64,000 nt of DNA from a virus, in IMG/VR virus record IMGVR_UViG_3300014208_001418, one strand, 5' to 3'. Below the pieces are notes generated by a model that worked only from the letters and a program-made list of their open reading frames with translations, had not been told where the DNA came from and ran no database searches. Of this stretch, positions 41,111 through 52,737 are shown piece by piece (the first letter of the stretch is position 1; each line of letters starts with the position of its first letter). The position numbers and the translations under genes were made by a program.

Positions 41111-42260
41111 AGGTAAAAAATATGACAACTAAAAATAGAGAAAAAACTGAAAACGAAAAGCCTAGTGATATGGGATTACATCCTTTCTTCAATGATATGA
41201 AACCAAAAGCCAATGAACCCAATTGGGATGGAGTTCATGTCTGCCTAGATTGTGAAGGAGGAATTTCAAAACTCACCGCAGAATCTTTTGAAGGCAGATG
41301 CGTTACCTGCTTTGATGAAATCTATAGAGCAAGACAACAAAAGGATATTCCGATGATACAGGAGTCAGAATTCTCTATCCCCGCTCTTATGCGAAAGTCA
41401 GTAATCAGATCAACCTTCAAGCACTTGCAACCCGTTTACGGCGAGGCAATTCGTAACATATTGAGAGGAAGATATGATCTAATCATAAAAATCTACGATA
41501 AATTCACTATAGCTGAACTCGTAGTGCCTTTCGATAACTATCAACATCATTACTTCGGTCTCAGCGTCAAAAATCCGAAGGACGACATAAACCTTTTCAA
41601 AGCCACAGGTTTAGCTTTCAGAGAAGCTTTGACATCGTTATGCATGAATATTTCAATAAGAGAAATGAAAAGCTACGGAAAAGAAATTAAAGGAGAAAAT
41701 AAAAGTTCCCATAAAATTCCGACGTTTGTAAACTTTAGTCCAAAAGAGCTTTTTCGTGAAATATTTGAAAACTAAGAATGCCCTTTAAACCAAAAACAGT
41801 AACTAATGACCTTTCTGTAGAACTAGCAACTCTACGGAAAGAGCTTGAAGCTACAGGATTAGTTAGTGAGATAGAAACTTCAACTCTTCTTGTCTATTCA
41901 GCTCTCAAAAGTGGCATAACAGATACAAAAACAATCTCCGAAGCATTTTGCTTAAATATAAAAACAGTTCAAACTCAATTACAAAAACTCCTTCCAGTCA
42001 AATGTCAAATACTTAAAATATACAAAAAGCGTTCTACTAAACTCAGAATCCCCATTATAAACATAACCATTCAGATGCTCCCGAATTTCCTGCAAGAACA
42101 AATAATTGAAATTCCTGAAGAAGCTCCACGAATTGAACCTACTCTTACTGTTCCAATACCTATCCCTGTTCCAATACTTAATCCAAAACCTACAATAATT
42201 CCTGCAAAACCAATAGCTCCTATCTCTAAAAAAGAAAAGCTGAAAGGATTTCAGATGTAA
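41044..42260 (+). CDS. Hypothetical ORF (41044-41775) and HTH protein (41778-42260)
   Basis: TKTISEAFCLNIKTVQTQLQKL HTH in the second ORF. Confidence 0.6.
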
Positions 42261-42262
42261 CA

Positions 42263-42289
42263 TTTAAATACTATCAAGTAGTAGTAGCA
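42263..42289 (+). promoter_or_regulatory. TATA + AGTAGTAGTAGCA promoter, leaderless
   Basis: TTTAAATACT, exact 13-mer 42277-42289, ATG 42293. Confidence 0.8.
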
Positions 42290-42292
42290 TTC

Positions 42293-43176
42293 ATGCTAAC
42301 CGACGAAACTCAAGTTGCAATAAACCTACTTCACGCTAACTCTCATATCTCACATGCAAAAGCTTTCATAAAAGAAGTCGAGAAATCTAACATATCCATA
42401 ACACACGAAGTAAATCTTGATGCTATGCAAAAGCTAACAGACAATCTTAATGAGATAAGCAAATATCTCGAAAATATCACCAACCTAAGTCTTAAAACAT
42501 TAAAGGAGTCAAAAAAATGAAATGCCCCAATTCAGAATGTGATGCAAACAAGGAAAACATTGATTGGGAGAACACATTAAAAACATGTCCTCTCTGCAAA
42601 ACTGAACTCGTAGAAAAAGCTCCTCCTCCCACTCTTTCAGAATACTCTAACTTGAAGCTGGAAGATTACGTAAACTTATATGATATTGTTCAACAATCAA
42701 AAAAGGAGGAACATGTTCAGGTTCCTATATCCATATCTTCTAATACTGATAAAAATCAATTTGAATCTGCTCCCATCGTTTCAGAAATTACTCCCGTGGA
42801 GCATATAAGACCTGAGGAACGATCAAGAATAATAATTACTCCTCCAGAGACTCCCGCATCTATGCTAAGTCACTCTCCCAATCCTATTCACACCCCTATT
42901 CCTGCATCTATTCGTACTCCAGAGGTAGTAGTTAATAATGAGTCTGAACCCGAACCTGAGAAAAACAGAGATTTTAAAGTGGCAATAGAAATACCCGAAA
43001 CCCTAATTGATAAGCTGAAAAAGCCTATCAAAAGGTCAAAAACTACATCTACCTATCCAAAAACACAATCAAAACCAGAACGCCCATGGTATTCCTTAAC
43101 TAAACTTGACGTTTTAGTTCTATTGACTGTAGTAATAACAGTATCAGCAATGAGATATTATTACATTGTGCATTAA
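42293..43176 (+). CDS. Small helical ORF (42293-42520) and Zn-ribbon/C-terminal TM protein (42517-43176)
   Basis: CPNSEC...CPLC; hydrophobic C-terminus. Confidence 0.6.
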
Positions 43177-43327
43177 ATTATTTTGTGATGCTAAAAATCT
43201 AAACAGCGAAGTTTCAAAAAATGATTCACAAAACACATTTTGCTTCGATTATCTCAGTCAAGTCAATGTGTTTGTACCAAGAAAAAACACTCCAACTTCT
43301 ATCCCATTTAAAACATCATAAGACTGG

Positions 43328-43960
43328 TTGATTAACATGACGAATGAAAATCTATGTCCAGCTTGTGGAACAGCAAAAGATGAAGCTGGTAAAGATAAAT
43401 ACTTATGTTTCTATTGTTATCATCGTGGCAATCACGGTACTGTAAAACTACTAATCCTTGACATATTCTCAAATACATCCCAAGATCGTCTTAGCATCCA
43501 AGATGTAGTCGATCATCTCAATGCTATCGTAAAATCCAGTACCCCTGACTCCCTAGAAAAAATAGATATAGGAAAACCTTTCACATTCAATGACATAAAA
43601 AAACTCCTGATTCGTTATACTAAACGAGAACGAACTTACAAAGGAAAAACTCGCACATTAGGATTAGGTCTATTAACAGCTGCCAAATCCACTTCTCCTC
43701 GCCCTGACTCAGGAGGAAGAAAGCAACTTCTTTATAAAATCACAAAAAAAGGTCTAAAAAAGCTAAAAGCTTATAAGAAGACATGGCTTCAAGGTCGTCC
43801 TCTCTCAGTTCCAAAACGTTTTAACAAATTCACTAAGCACAGAGCCAAATTTCAAATGATAGAAAAATACCTAGCCAAAGCCTCCATGATAAGAGGTTTA
43901 CTCATCAACAACAAATATCCAACATATGCTTTTATACTTCCAAGAAGAAGAGGTCTTTAA
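43328..43960 (+). CDS. Zn-finger plus winged-helix protein
   Basis: CPACG...CFYC; YKITKKGLKKL. Confidence 0.55.
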   Translation: MINMTNENLCPACGTAKDEAGKDKYLCFYCYHRGNHGTVKLLILDIFSNTSQDRLSIQDVVDHLNAIVKSSTPDSLEKIDIGKPFTFNDIKKLLIRYTKRERTYKGKTRTLGLGLLTAAKSTSPRPDSGGRKQLLYKITKKGLKKLKAYKKTWLQGRPLSVPKRFNKFTKHRAKFQMIEKYLAKASMIRGLLINNKYPTYAFILPRRRGL

Positions 43961-43977
43961 ATAAGATAGGAATTTTT

Positions 43978-44694
43978 ATGCAAATACAAGAAAATTCAAC
44001 TCATACTTTAATAATATCAGAACATCCTGTTAAAATATGCGATTTATGCGGTGAGGTTGCAGATACAAAACTACAACCTAAAAAAGATAAGGAGATTTGT
44101 TTTAATTGCGGAACCCGGAGCAACGAACTCAAAACAGAGTTCCAAAAAAGTTACAAATTCGAAAACCTCAGAACAACTCCGCAATCAATATTTAATGTAA
44201 GCTCCATCATCGAAATAAACCACAATTGCCGTAATTATTGCAAAGCTCCGTATCGTGATCATCCTCACGGATGCCCTAATTTTGGAGTTCATGAAGAATG
44301 TCCTCCCAAAGTTGATATAGTCGAAAATATATTCGACATGGGTAAAGACCTTTTCTTTGTAGTAGAAGAATTTGATTTAAAATCCCACGTTGAAAAAATG
44401 CGTCTCAAACATCCGAAATGGAGTGAATTCCAGTTACGAAATCTCCTATACTGGCAAGGTGGAGTACGCAAACGCCTTACCTTCAAAACCTTACGATTCA
44501 TCTCCACCTTTTCCGATACAACCAATATTATCTATACTCTGCTTCCAGAAGCAATGGGAGTTATGGTCATTAATACTGCTTTAAAGGCAAGAATCCCAAT
44601 ACAAAAATCTCCAACTGATAAAATATTCAAAATCGCATTAGTAGGATATAGAAAAGATCCGATAATCGAAACAAGGAACGATTATTTTGCTTAA
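43978..44694 (+). CDS. DUF2284-like metal-binding protein
   Basis: CPNFG...CPP, PEAMGVMV; ends RNDYFA. Confidence 0.7.
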   Translation: MQIQENSTHTLIISEHPVKICDLCGEVADTKLQPKKDKEICFNCGTRSNELKTEFQKSYKFENLRTTPQSIFNVSSIIEINHNCRNYCKAPYRDHPHGCPNFGVHEECPPKVDIVENIFDMGKDLFFVVEEFDLKSHVEKMRLKHPKWSEFQLRNLLYWQGGVRKRLTFKTLRFISTFSDTTNIIYTLLPEAMGVMVINTALKARIPIQKSPTDKIFKIALVGYRKDPIIETRNDYFA

Positions 44695-44889
44695 GGAGAT
44701 AATTATAATGTTCCCAATCAAATTTTATAAACGGAGATGTTATTTTATCGGGCATAGCAAATGCTTAGTTAATGGAAATTACTTTCAATGCAAAATGATG
44801 ACTCATAAAGGAAAAATTAACGAAATCGATATGTTCTATGTCTCAGATGATAGACCTATATACGATGAACAAGAATGCAAGTTTTTTAA

Positions 44890-45390
44890 ATGGACAGGAA
44901 GATGATTAAAATGTTTGGAGGACTAAGGACATTTTTAATAGGTTATCATAATCCTATTGTACATTCATATTATGTTATAAAAGCATGGCACATAATATTT
45001 AATAAGTATCCCAATAGCAGGGAATTTATATGCATTCTTTTTCATGACATAGGGTATATCGAACAACGCAAATCTAATGTAAATCCTGAAGTAGATATTC
45101 ATCCGATACTCGGAGCTAAAATATGTGGTTCACTATTCGGTAAGGAATACTATAATCTTTGTATTGCTCATTCAAGGGATTATGCAAAAAAATTAAATAT
45201 TCCCATCTCTAAATTATGCTATGCAGATAAGTATGGAGCAGTATTAATTCCCTTTAAAAATCATAAAATAATTCATTTTTTTGACTCTCCTGAAGTTACT
45301 ATCGATACAGTACGAGAATTTCGAAAATCATGTAAAATATGGTGTGATAAAAATATAAAAAATATAAACCGGGAGATCCATAATGCCTAA
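44890..45390 (+). CDS. HD-domain protein
   Basis: HSYYV...LFHDIGY...H...GA...H...ADK. Confidence 0.65.
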   Translation: MDRKMIKMFGGLRTFLIGYHNPIVHSYYVIKAWHIIFNKYPNSREFICILFHDIGYIEQRKSNVNPEVDIHPILGAKICGSLFGKEYYNLCIAHSRDYAKKLNIPISKLCYADKYGAVLIPFKNHKIIHFFDSPEVTIDTVREFRKSCKIWCDKNIKNINREIHNA

Positions 45391-45509
45391 ATGTAAAGAA
45401 TGCAAAAACTTCGAAAAGATTGACATAGGAAAAAAGGAAAAAGTCTCCAACTGTTCAATAGGGCTGATAGCAACGAGATATTTTCTTCATTATTGCGGTG
45501 GGTTTAAAC

Positions 45510-45935
45510 GTGCCTAACTTCAAAACTCACTACTATTTCAATCTGTTTGTGGGATTATCCGCAGGCATATATGCTATATATTATGATTATCTACCGTTTT
45601 TGGATTATAGTTTATTCTTCCTAGCGTTTATTATTGGCACAGACTATATCACTCCTGACGTTGATGTACGGTCTACCCCATATTATAAATTCCCCTTCAT
45701 ATGGTACCCCTATAGAAAAGCGTCTTCCCATCGTGGACTCTCTCATACGATAATAGGCATTTTCATACGAATTCTATGGATCCTCGCAATAATCCTATTA
45801 GCTTCGTATTTGCTCAATCAGCTCGATTCAGTGATAGATTTCCTCATGAACACAACGATCTATCACTATATGCTATTCTTGGGAGGTATAATAATAGCTA
45901 ATCTGTTGCATCTGATTTTAGATGACTTATTTTAA
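45510..45935 (+). CDS. DUF2227-like membrane metal-binding protein
   Basis: GTG start MPNFKTH; TPDVDVRS, HRGLSH, HLILD. Confidence 0.75.
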   Translation: MPNFKTHYYFNLFVGLSAGIYAIYYDYLPFLDYSLFFLAFIIGTDYITPDVDVRSTPYYKFPFIWYPYRKASSHRGLSHTIIGIFIRILWILAIILLASYLLNQLDSVIDFLMNTTIYHYMLFLGGIIIANLLHLILDDLF

Positions 45936-46118
45936 AAAAAAATTAAGTATTGAGAGGCTGACTTCTAGCCTCTGAATACTCCAAAGCTTGGTCATACAAT
46001 ACTTTGCTTACAGCGAGTTCTCTATACACTCTATTTGGAAACTTTACTCCCATAAACATTAACATATCAGTCTCCATAAAACTGTTTTTCGATGTGTTTT
46101 TGATACCATTTCTATTTT

Positions 46119-46673
46119 TCATGCAAACAAATCCTCTATGTTTTCTTCTGTTTTTTCATCACTATTTTTTTCAAAAATCGATTCAATTCCGATATTCAAG
46201 TCAGGATTCGCAATCATCTTATTTAATCGTTCATCATCCTTTCTTAATAATTTATTCCATCTATCCACGAATTTTTTGCTCAGACCATAATCCCTTATTA
46301 TCTGCCTCTTTAATATCACTGATGATTCAATGACTACTACCTCGTTTTTAACGTCAGGAACTTCAACGATTTTTTCCTCATCGAAGCTCTCCACACGCTC
46401 AACTGAAACTTTAAAAATTCTACCAAATTCCTCCAGCTTTTCTACAAGTTCTTCTTCAACATCGACTAAGAACTTTACAGGCTGACCTGTTTCCATCTTT
46501 TTCGTGGCTTTGACAAACTCAGTTTTATCTTTGCTATACCAGCCCTGTTTATTATCCCACTTCAGCTTTTTTGAAAATATGGCCTTAAACTTATCCTTAA
46601 CCTTAATATTCTTCGCTTCGTCAAATACTCGACCATATTGACCAGCCTCGATAAAATTAATAATCAATTTCAT
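46119..46673 (-). CDS. Hypothetical protein
   Basis: 184-aa ORF; ends NIEDLFA. Confidence 0.7.
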   Translation of the reverse strand: MKLIINFIEAGQYGRVFDEAKNIKVKDKFKAIFSKKLKWDNKQGWYSKDKTEFVKATKKMETGQPVKFLVDVEEELVEKLEEFGRIFKVSVERVESFDEEKIVEVPDVKNEVVVIESSVILKRQIIRDYGLSKKFVDRWNKLLRKDDERLNKMIANPDLNIGIESIFEKNSDEKTEENIEDLFA

Positions 46674-47028
46674 AATATTACTCTACTACGCTAGGATCTT
46701 CCATACGATGTCTTCTTGCATTATTAGTCACATGTATCAAAGTGGCAAACATAATAAATGCAATTGCTATTTTCTCTGATATTAATACTGTGATTATACT
46801 CACAATTGCAAACATTAAGAACTCTTTAGTAGATACCATTTTATCACTCTACCACGTTTGGTAGTATCTCAATATCTCTAAGAGCTTTCAGTCTATTTTC
46901 CCAAAATCTGCATCTCTCCAACCAGTTGGACGAGCTATTTGGATAATTAGCCATACATGCTCTAGCTCTTAATAAAGCTTGCGTATAAGTTATTTTCAAA
47001 AATTTTCTTGTAAAATTAGTATCAAAAC

Positions 47029-47646
47029 TCATAGTCTACTCTCTTGTTTCTTATAACATGTTCCACATTCCCAATTTTCAGGAATATTTACTTTAGCATT
47101 AACATTTCCAAACGACGGAGCATTTTCGCATCCACAAGCTCTGATAGTTCCATCAGGTCTGACTATTAAATCCTCGCAGATACAACCATCTCTTCCATCT
47201 TTACATCTTCCTACTTTTATTTCTTTGTCTGTTACATCTCTGATTTCTCTTCCATCAGGACTATCGTCACAAAATTGATGTTGAGGTTTTGTAAAAGCAT
47301 CTATAACACTTATATCTATAGGACCATGATATCTATCTTGACTTAGCGCAACTCCCAGCACTCCTTTTTTTGCCATTTTTGCCAGAGTCAAAGCTATTTC
47401 GGTCTGACTTCCGTTTGTTGCCATCCACACATAATCGCTATTTCCTATAGCTTCAAAAAGCATCTGAGTGAACAATGGATGAATTGTGGGTTCTCCTCCG
47501 CCAATTGTAACTGATTCGTTATTATATTTAAGAGCATTTCTAAAAGTCTCAATTGTCATGTCTTCGCCCTTATCAGTACAGTTCATACCACAATGTGAAC
47601 AATGCATATTACAACGATCTGTTATTTGAATGTACATAATTAGCAC
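47029..47646 (-). CDS. Radical SAM protein
   Basis: ITDRCNMHCSHC, GGGEPT, ATNG, C-terminal VRPDG-CGC. Confidence 0.8.
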   Translation of the reverse strand: MLIMYIQITDRCNMHCSHCGMNCTDKGEDMTIETFRNALKYNNESVTIGGGEPTIHPLFTQMLFEAIGNSDYVWMATNGSQTEIALTLAKMAKKGVLGVALSQDRYHGPIDISVIDAFTKPQHQFCDDSPDGREIRDVTDKEIKVGRCKDGRDGCICEDLIVRPDGTIRACGCENAPSFGNVNAKVNIPENWECGTCYKKQESRL

Positions 47647-47927
47647 CTTGCCTGAGCATACTGGCGCCAGTACTTCGGGAGCATCTTCTTTAGGCTTTCC
47701 GCCTGTTTAAATGACAAATGCTTACCTGCTTGAATTTGCTTAAAAACAGATGTCACGAACGTAGCATCAACGCCATTGAGCCCAATTCCGTTATATTCTT
47801 CAGTTCTCTCGTCTCGAACCTCATCATGCGTTTGATTACGCATAATTTTAGGAATCCAGACCAACTCTAACTCAAAATGGCTTGCCTTATTGATCATCGT
47901 TGTTATATTGTCTTTGTTTAATGTCAT
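47640..47927 (-). CDS. Hypothetical protein
   Basis: GGTGAT RBS and motif promoter; NGIGLNGVDA...LSFKQ...KYWRQ. Confidence 0.65.
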   Translation of the reverse strand: MTLNKDNITTMINKASHFELELVWIPKIMRNQTHDEVRDERTEEYNGIGLNGVDATFVTSVFKQIQAGKHLSFKQAESLKKMLPKYWRQYAQARC

Positions 47928-47955
47928 ATCTTATCACCCAAGCATATTTCTATGC

Positions 47956-47990
47956 TTACTACTACTACTACCTACTACTATATAAGAATA
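47956..47990 (-). promoter_or_regulatory. Minus-strand promoter with expanded AGT repeats
   Basis: Reverse reads TTCTTATATAGTAGTAGGTAGTAGTAGTAGTAAGCA. Confidence 0.7.
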
Positions 47991-48044
47991 TTGATTCGAT
48001 TCTGACAAAAGCTTTAAATACTAACAGCACTATCTTATTCTTGT

Positions 48045-48150
48045 TGTAGGTAGTAGATTTGCTACGCTTTGCTTTCGTAGCGGAATGTCTGAAACAATAT
48101 CGTAGATTTGTTTAAACGCCTGTTTGCGATATTGTTCTCAACTTCTAAAA
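48045..48150 (+). ncRNA. Candidate small structured RNA
   Basis: Stems GCTACG 48061-66/CGTAGC 48076-81 and AACAATATCG 48093-102/CGATATTGTT 48127-136; TTTAAATACT at 48013. Confidence 0.35.
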
Positions 48151-48161
48151 AAAATAATAGC

Positions 48162-48661
48162 TCAACAATAAGCTTCTCTTTTCTCTCGAACTTCTTTTAA
48201 GTACAATATCGTTTTTTGTCTCATTATAATCTTTAGCTTCTTACCCCTTTCCCTCATGCTTACGTCTCCTGAATCTACGTATTTTTCGAACTCGAAAGTC
48301 TCGCTTGTAGCCTTACCGCTATCAAAACACTTGATAACACCTTCTATGATCTCACTATCGATCTCTCTATCTGAAAAAAGGAGATTTGACACGCTATACA
48401 TATCTGCAAAAAGTACCATTTTAATCACCCTCCTATGGGAAATAATCTACCTTTAAAAATCCTCATAAACTGCTGTTTTATGAATACGGGTTTCAAAGCT
48501 ATCTCTTTTTGAGGTATCCATGTTGGGCGTAATTGTTCTTTATTATTTAGAAATACATACCCGCTTTCCTCTTCAATTCTCCTCATCTCATCACGATATG
48601 AAAAAGATGACTCAAATTTGATGGGTTTATAATCTGATCTGTAATTATTAGTTGAAGACAT
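48162..48661 (-). CDS. Two small hypothetical ORFs (48162-48428, 48425-48661)
   Basis: GGAGGGTGAT RBS, coupled. Confidence 0.6.
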
Positions 48662-48834
48662 AATATCGTTCCTTACTTCATATTTCTAGGATTGAATTTC
48701 TCGAAAGAGGTTGCATCTAATCCTTTTGTTATGCATTTCAGCACGTAACGATTCCATTTCTCCAATTTTGTTAAATTTTTATCATTCTTTTCTTTTAAAT
48801 ATTGCATGTCTTATCACCTTAGCTTATTTCTAAG

Positions 48835-48870
48835 CACTACTACTACTACTACCTCAACATATATATAGTT
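48835..48870 (-). promoter_or_regulatory. Minus-strand promoter with five GTA repeats
   Basis: Reverse reads TATATATATGTTGAGGTAGTAGTAGTAGTAGTGC. Confidence 0.7.
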
Positions 48871-49066
48871 TGTGCCACATGAGGTTTGCACTATTATATA
48901 GTACGTTAAAATCAATGAGATTTTTGCCGCACACAAACAACTCTACGCATATTTGTTTTAGTGTCTCAATATAATTATAATCAGCAAGCAAAGACTTAAT
49001 GTTAGTGTCCTGAGGTCCTAAGTAGTAACCTATATATGTAAGCGTGGCATAGTAGTGTTGTAATCA

Positions 49067-49879
49067 ATGCAACAGAAAAGCATTGCAGGAGAAATAAAAA
49101 CTATGACATCATTTACAGTCTATGAGAGAAAAGGTAAGGGATTCATTCCCAATGGTCAAATAATGCATTCAAAGTCTGGCACAGGTGGACATATAAGTGC
49201 TGCCAAAAAAGCAGGCAATGAACAGATGAAAGCTAAGAACGTTGAGGAGCTTGATATTTTCCTCAGAAAGTCAGGAGTTTTTGACAGAGTGAGAAAATAT
49301 CATGCAACTCGCATCCCATATCTCGTGATCGAGCCAACAGGCAAAATGCGGGATTCAGCAATCGGCTTCAGAAAAGAACAGAATTTTACAGGTGACGAGC
49401 CAGCTTTCGTAAAGCGCAATAAGTTTTATGCAACTAACCCCAACAACCCCAAGACTAACAAGCCTTGGAGCGATGAGGAGCTTGCTGACAGAAATGCTGA
49501 ATGGATAAAAGAGGGCGATAAGATCGTAGGCATGAGATTGCTCCCAGGAAATCACGTAGTTATGTCGGGCATGACTGCGGCAGCCAAATACATCGAAACT
49601 ATCTCACTTCCTGAGGGAACACCTATGAGCGTAAGATCAATGGAAGAAAAAGAGGAGAGTGCTGAAAAAACTGCAAAACCCGAAAAAACAGCTAAACCTG
49701 AAAAAGCGGCAAAAGGCAAAAAAGCTCCAAAAACAAAAGCAGCAGCTCAGGTAGTCGCTTCCGAAGTTAACGCTCCAGTTGAAGTCAATGTTCCAGTAGT
49801 TGCAACCCCAACTGTAACCCCAGTCGAAGTTGCAGTCGAAACACAGACCAGCGACCTCGTTGAATTAACAGAAAACTAA
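49067..49879 (+). CDS. Hypothetical protein with AKPEK-type basic and V/P/A-rich tail
   Basis: Probable start 49102 after GGAG; composition differs from the flanks. Confidence 0.7.
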   Translation: MQQKSIAGEIKTMTSFTVYERKGKGFIPNGQIMHSKSGTGGHISAAKKAGNEQMKAKNVEELDIFLRKSGVFDRVRKYHATRIPYLVIEPTGKMRDSAIGFRKEQNFTGDEPAFVKRNKFYATNPNNPKTNKPWSDEELADRNAEWIKEGDKIVGMRLLPGNHVVMSGMTAAAKYIETISLPEGTPMSVRSMEEKEESAEKTAKPEKTAKPEKAAKGKKAPKTKAAAQVVASEVNAPVEVNVPVVATPTVTPVEVAVETQTSDLVELTEN

Positions 49880-49956
49880 CCTTCTGTCAATAATATCTTT
49901 TTCTTTTTTAATCTTTTTTCCCTATCGTTTTAATCTACTCCTTAACGAGCACAACC

Positions 49957-49983
49957 CTTATATACTTTTAAGTAGTAGTAGTA
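49957..49983 (+). promoter_or_regulatory. TATA + AGT-motif promoter
   Basis: CTTATATACT, AGTAGTAGTAGTA 49971-49983. Confidence 0.75.
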
Positions 49984-49984
49984 A

Positions 49985-51971
49985 TTGCTCAGGAATGAGC
50001 ATAACAAGAGTGACAATATGAATACAGAAATAGACGGACTCAAAGAAGTCTGCAAAACTGTGCAGACGGTAAAGAATGGCGAACAAGAAATAACCGTAAT
50101 CGAAAAGCAAATCGCTGATAAGATACGGGAGATCACCGCAAAGATTTTTGACGGCACGACAAAGTACCGAATGCCAAAACAAAATCTTGAAACTGGAATG
50201 AATGAAACAACCTCCCCTCCCTTCTGGGGATTTGGTATTGTCCTTCAAGACAATATTCAATTTGATGGGAATTTCTACGGAAATGCACAGACGATGAGAA
50301 TTGACATGAAAGGCCGTATCATGACGATATGGCAATATGTAGCAAGAAGTTCAGCTTATGACCTCATGACGGGAACACACACCCACATTGATCCACAAAG
50401 CCCGGATCCACGTCCATCAAACGATCATGAAATCGTTACACATGCACAGGAATTGGCTGGGGAGCTACTCGAAGCCCTGAAAACAAGAATCGATACGATG
50501 AAGAATGAAAAGGCAATATTACAGAAGATGGCGCAAGCTATCCTATAATTTCTGGGGCACTATAACATGAAACAAACAAGATATTGTAAAGAATGTGGGG
50601 AACCGCTTCTTGATAACGGCAGGGTGTTAGAATGTGATAATTATGATTCTAGCACTTATGAGGGAAAAGAACATGCGTATATTTCATATAACGTCCCTAG
50701 CATGTCGGATGATGAAAAAGCAGAAGCAATCGAAAGAATACGAACTGAAACAAGTGAAACAAACAGTTAATTTTTGAGGTGTCAAAATGAGCGAAATAAG
50801 AAAACTAAGCAGTAGGGACGCAAGCGATATTCTCACAAGAACAACCTACGATGAAGTCCCGGAAGGGTATAGAGGGGAAGTTTATATTGAAGAAGAAAAC
50901 GGCGAAGTGTTGGATAATTGGTTTGTTGGCTCTGGGGGTGCAGTATCCTATTCAGGCACGACACTGACTCTGGAGGACTGGAATAAGAAAGCAGAAGAAT
51001 AAAAATAGAGGTGTCAAATCAAAATATGATAAAAATATACGAGAATGGAAAAGTAAAAGAAGAAATCGAAGCGAATCAAGTCGATTGGTTACCTGATTCT
51101 AATTACGGCGGCGCATGAATCGGAAGCGAAAGGCTTTTGGGATGGGTTACAACTTCCGAAAACATCAGAGCGCCTATATGCACAGACGGAAGCGAAGCAT
51201 ACGGGAGTTATGATAACCCGTCTAGATTTGTGGAAGAGGAATAATTATTTTTGGAGGTGTCAAACAATGAAATACAAATGCGATAATTGCGGAAAGATAT
51301 ATAAAACCGTATCGGGAATAACAAAACACTGTAATGACTGCATACCAACTCCTGTATATTATGGTAGTGTCGGGTCTATGGGATGTACTACTGTTGATGG
51401 GGAATTTGCGCTGATTTTTGGATGGAGATAAGCAGTTTTAATTTTTTGAAGGTTAAAGATCGTGGAAACTACACCAAGAGAGAACAAAGAGGTAATTGGT
51501 AGGAATATTAGGTACTGATTCCGTAACACTCAAAGATGCGATTGAAATTATAAGGAAAACAAAGGAGAAATCATGCAACTAATACCTATACTGAAAAAGT
51601 ACCTTAAATCCCTTGAAAATGAAACTATCCCTGCGATAAATATTTCTTTTCGAAAAAGAGATCCTGAGCTGAGAGAGCTATTCGAAGACTTCTTACTATA
51701 TTTTCCTCAAAAGATTGGAATAGTTTATTCGAAGGATAATCAGCAGGTTCAGAATCAGAAAATATCAGCTAAATTGGGATTTTCTCCACAGTATTATGCA
51801 AATCGTGGCTCAGAGAATTATCGAAATGGAATATGGGGCTTTGAGTTACAAGATGAGGATTGCAAAAGCTACTTCATAATCTATAATTCCAAAAAGGGTA
51901 TGCAACTTGATTGTCGTTACGATGTAGACATAATATGCCTGAAGAAGTTACTAAGAGCTTTAAACGAATAA
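49985..51971 (+). CDS. Run of hypothetical ORFs (49985/50018-50548, 50567-50770, 50787-51002, 51573-51971)
   Basis: Co-oriented, GAGGTG RBSs. Confidence 0.55.
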
Positions 51972-52003
51972 TCAACAACGTGCAATAAAGTCTTTGCACA
52001 ACC

Positions 52004-52032
52004 TTTTTATAGTATAAAGTAGTAGTAGCAGT
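52004..52032 (+). promoter_or_regulatory. TATA + AGTAGTAGTAGCA promoter, leaderless
   Basis: TTTTTATAGT, exact 13-mer 52018-52030, ATG 52033. Confidence 0.8.
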
Positions 52033-52737
52033 ATGAAAAGAAAATCTAATCGTATAGTGTCAATTTTATCGGGAGGGATGGACAGCACTACGCTAACTTA
52101 TGATTTAGCATTGTCTGGAAATGAAGTTTTTGCTATCAGCTTTAATTACCAGCAAAAACATGTTCGAGAACTTGAATGTGCTAAGGCAACATGTAAAAAA
52201 CTTAATATTCCTCATAAGATAGTAGATATAAGCTCTATCAGCTCCATTCTCCAGGGAAGCTCATTGACATCTCCTGATATTCCAACTCCTCATGGAAAAT
52301 ACGATGAAGAGAACATGAAACAAACAGTCGTTCCTAATCGTAATATGATTATGATCAGCTTAGCTACTGCTTATGCTATCAGCATAGGAGCAACTGAAGT
52401 TTATTATGGAGCCCATGCTGGAGACCACGCTGTGTACATGGATTGTCGACCTGAATTCGTAAGCAAACTCCAAGAAGTAATCAAAATATGTGACTGGAAT
52501 AAAGTAGAACTCAAAGCTCCATATCTTAATCTTGACAAAGGAGATATCGCAATTATAGGTAAGATGCTTCACGTAGACTATGAAAACACGACTAGCTGTT
52601 ATGAAGGCAAAGAAACCCCTTGTTTAAAGTGTGGAAGTTGTGATGAACGTATAGGAGCATTTATAAAAGCAGATATGAGAGATCCTATAATAGATGAATA
52701 TAATTGGAGCAGAATATTAAAAGAGAAAGTACTATGA
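52033..52737 (+). CDS. queC: 7-cyano-7-deazaguanine synthase
   Basis: LSGGMDST, VPNRNMI, DCRPEF, SCY...CLKCGSC. Confidence 0.92.
   Translation: MKRKSNRIVSILSGGMDSTTLTYDLALSGNEVFAISFNYQQKHVRELECAKATCKKLNIPHKIVDISSISSILQGSSLTSPDIPTPHGKYDEENMKQTVVPNRNMIMISLATAYAISIGATEVYYGAHAGDHAVYMDCRPEFVSKLQEVIKICDWNKVELKAPYLNLDKGDIAIIGKMLHVDYENTTSCYEGKETPCLKCGSCDERIGAFIKADMRDPIIDEYNWSRILKEKVL

Noticed and set aside
75-44525. Many minus-strand ORFs in the track (e.g. 75-287, 7526-7738, 10276-10482, 16679-16918, 20613-20882, 24298-24630)
   Set aside because: Shadow frames of C-rich + strand genes; G/E/R-rich nonsense sequences with no RBS or promoter
1721-52030. AGT-motif copies as CRISPR repeats or integron attC-like sites
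   Set aside because: Too short, irregularly spaced kilobases apart, with no spacer array, cas genes or palindromic attC structure; always tied to a TATA box
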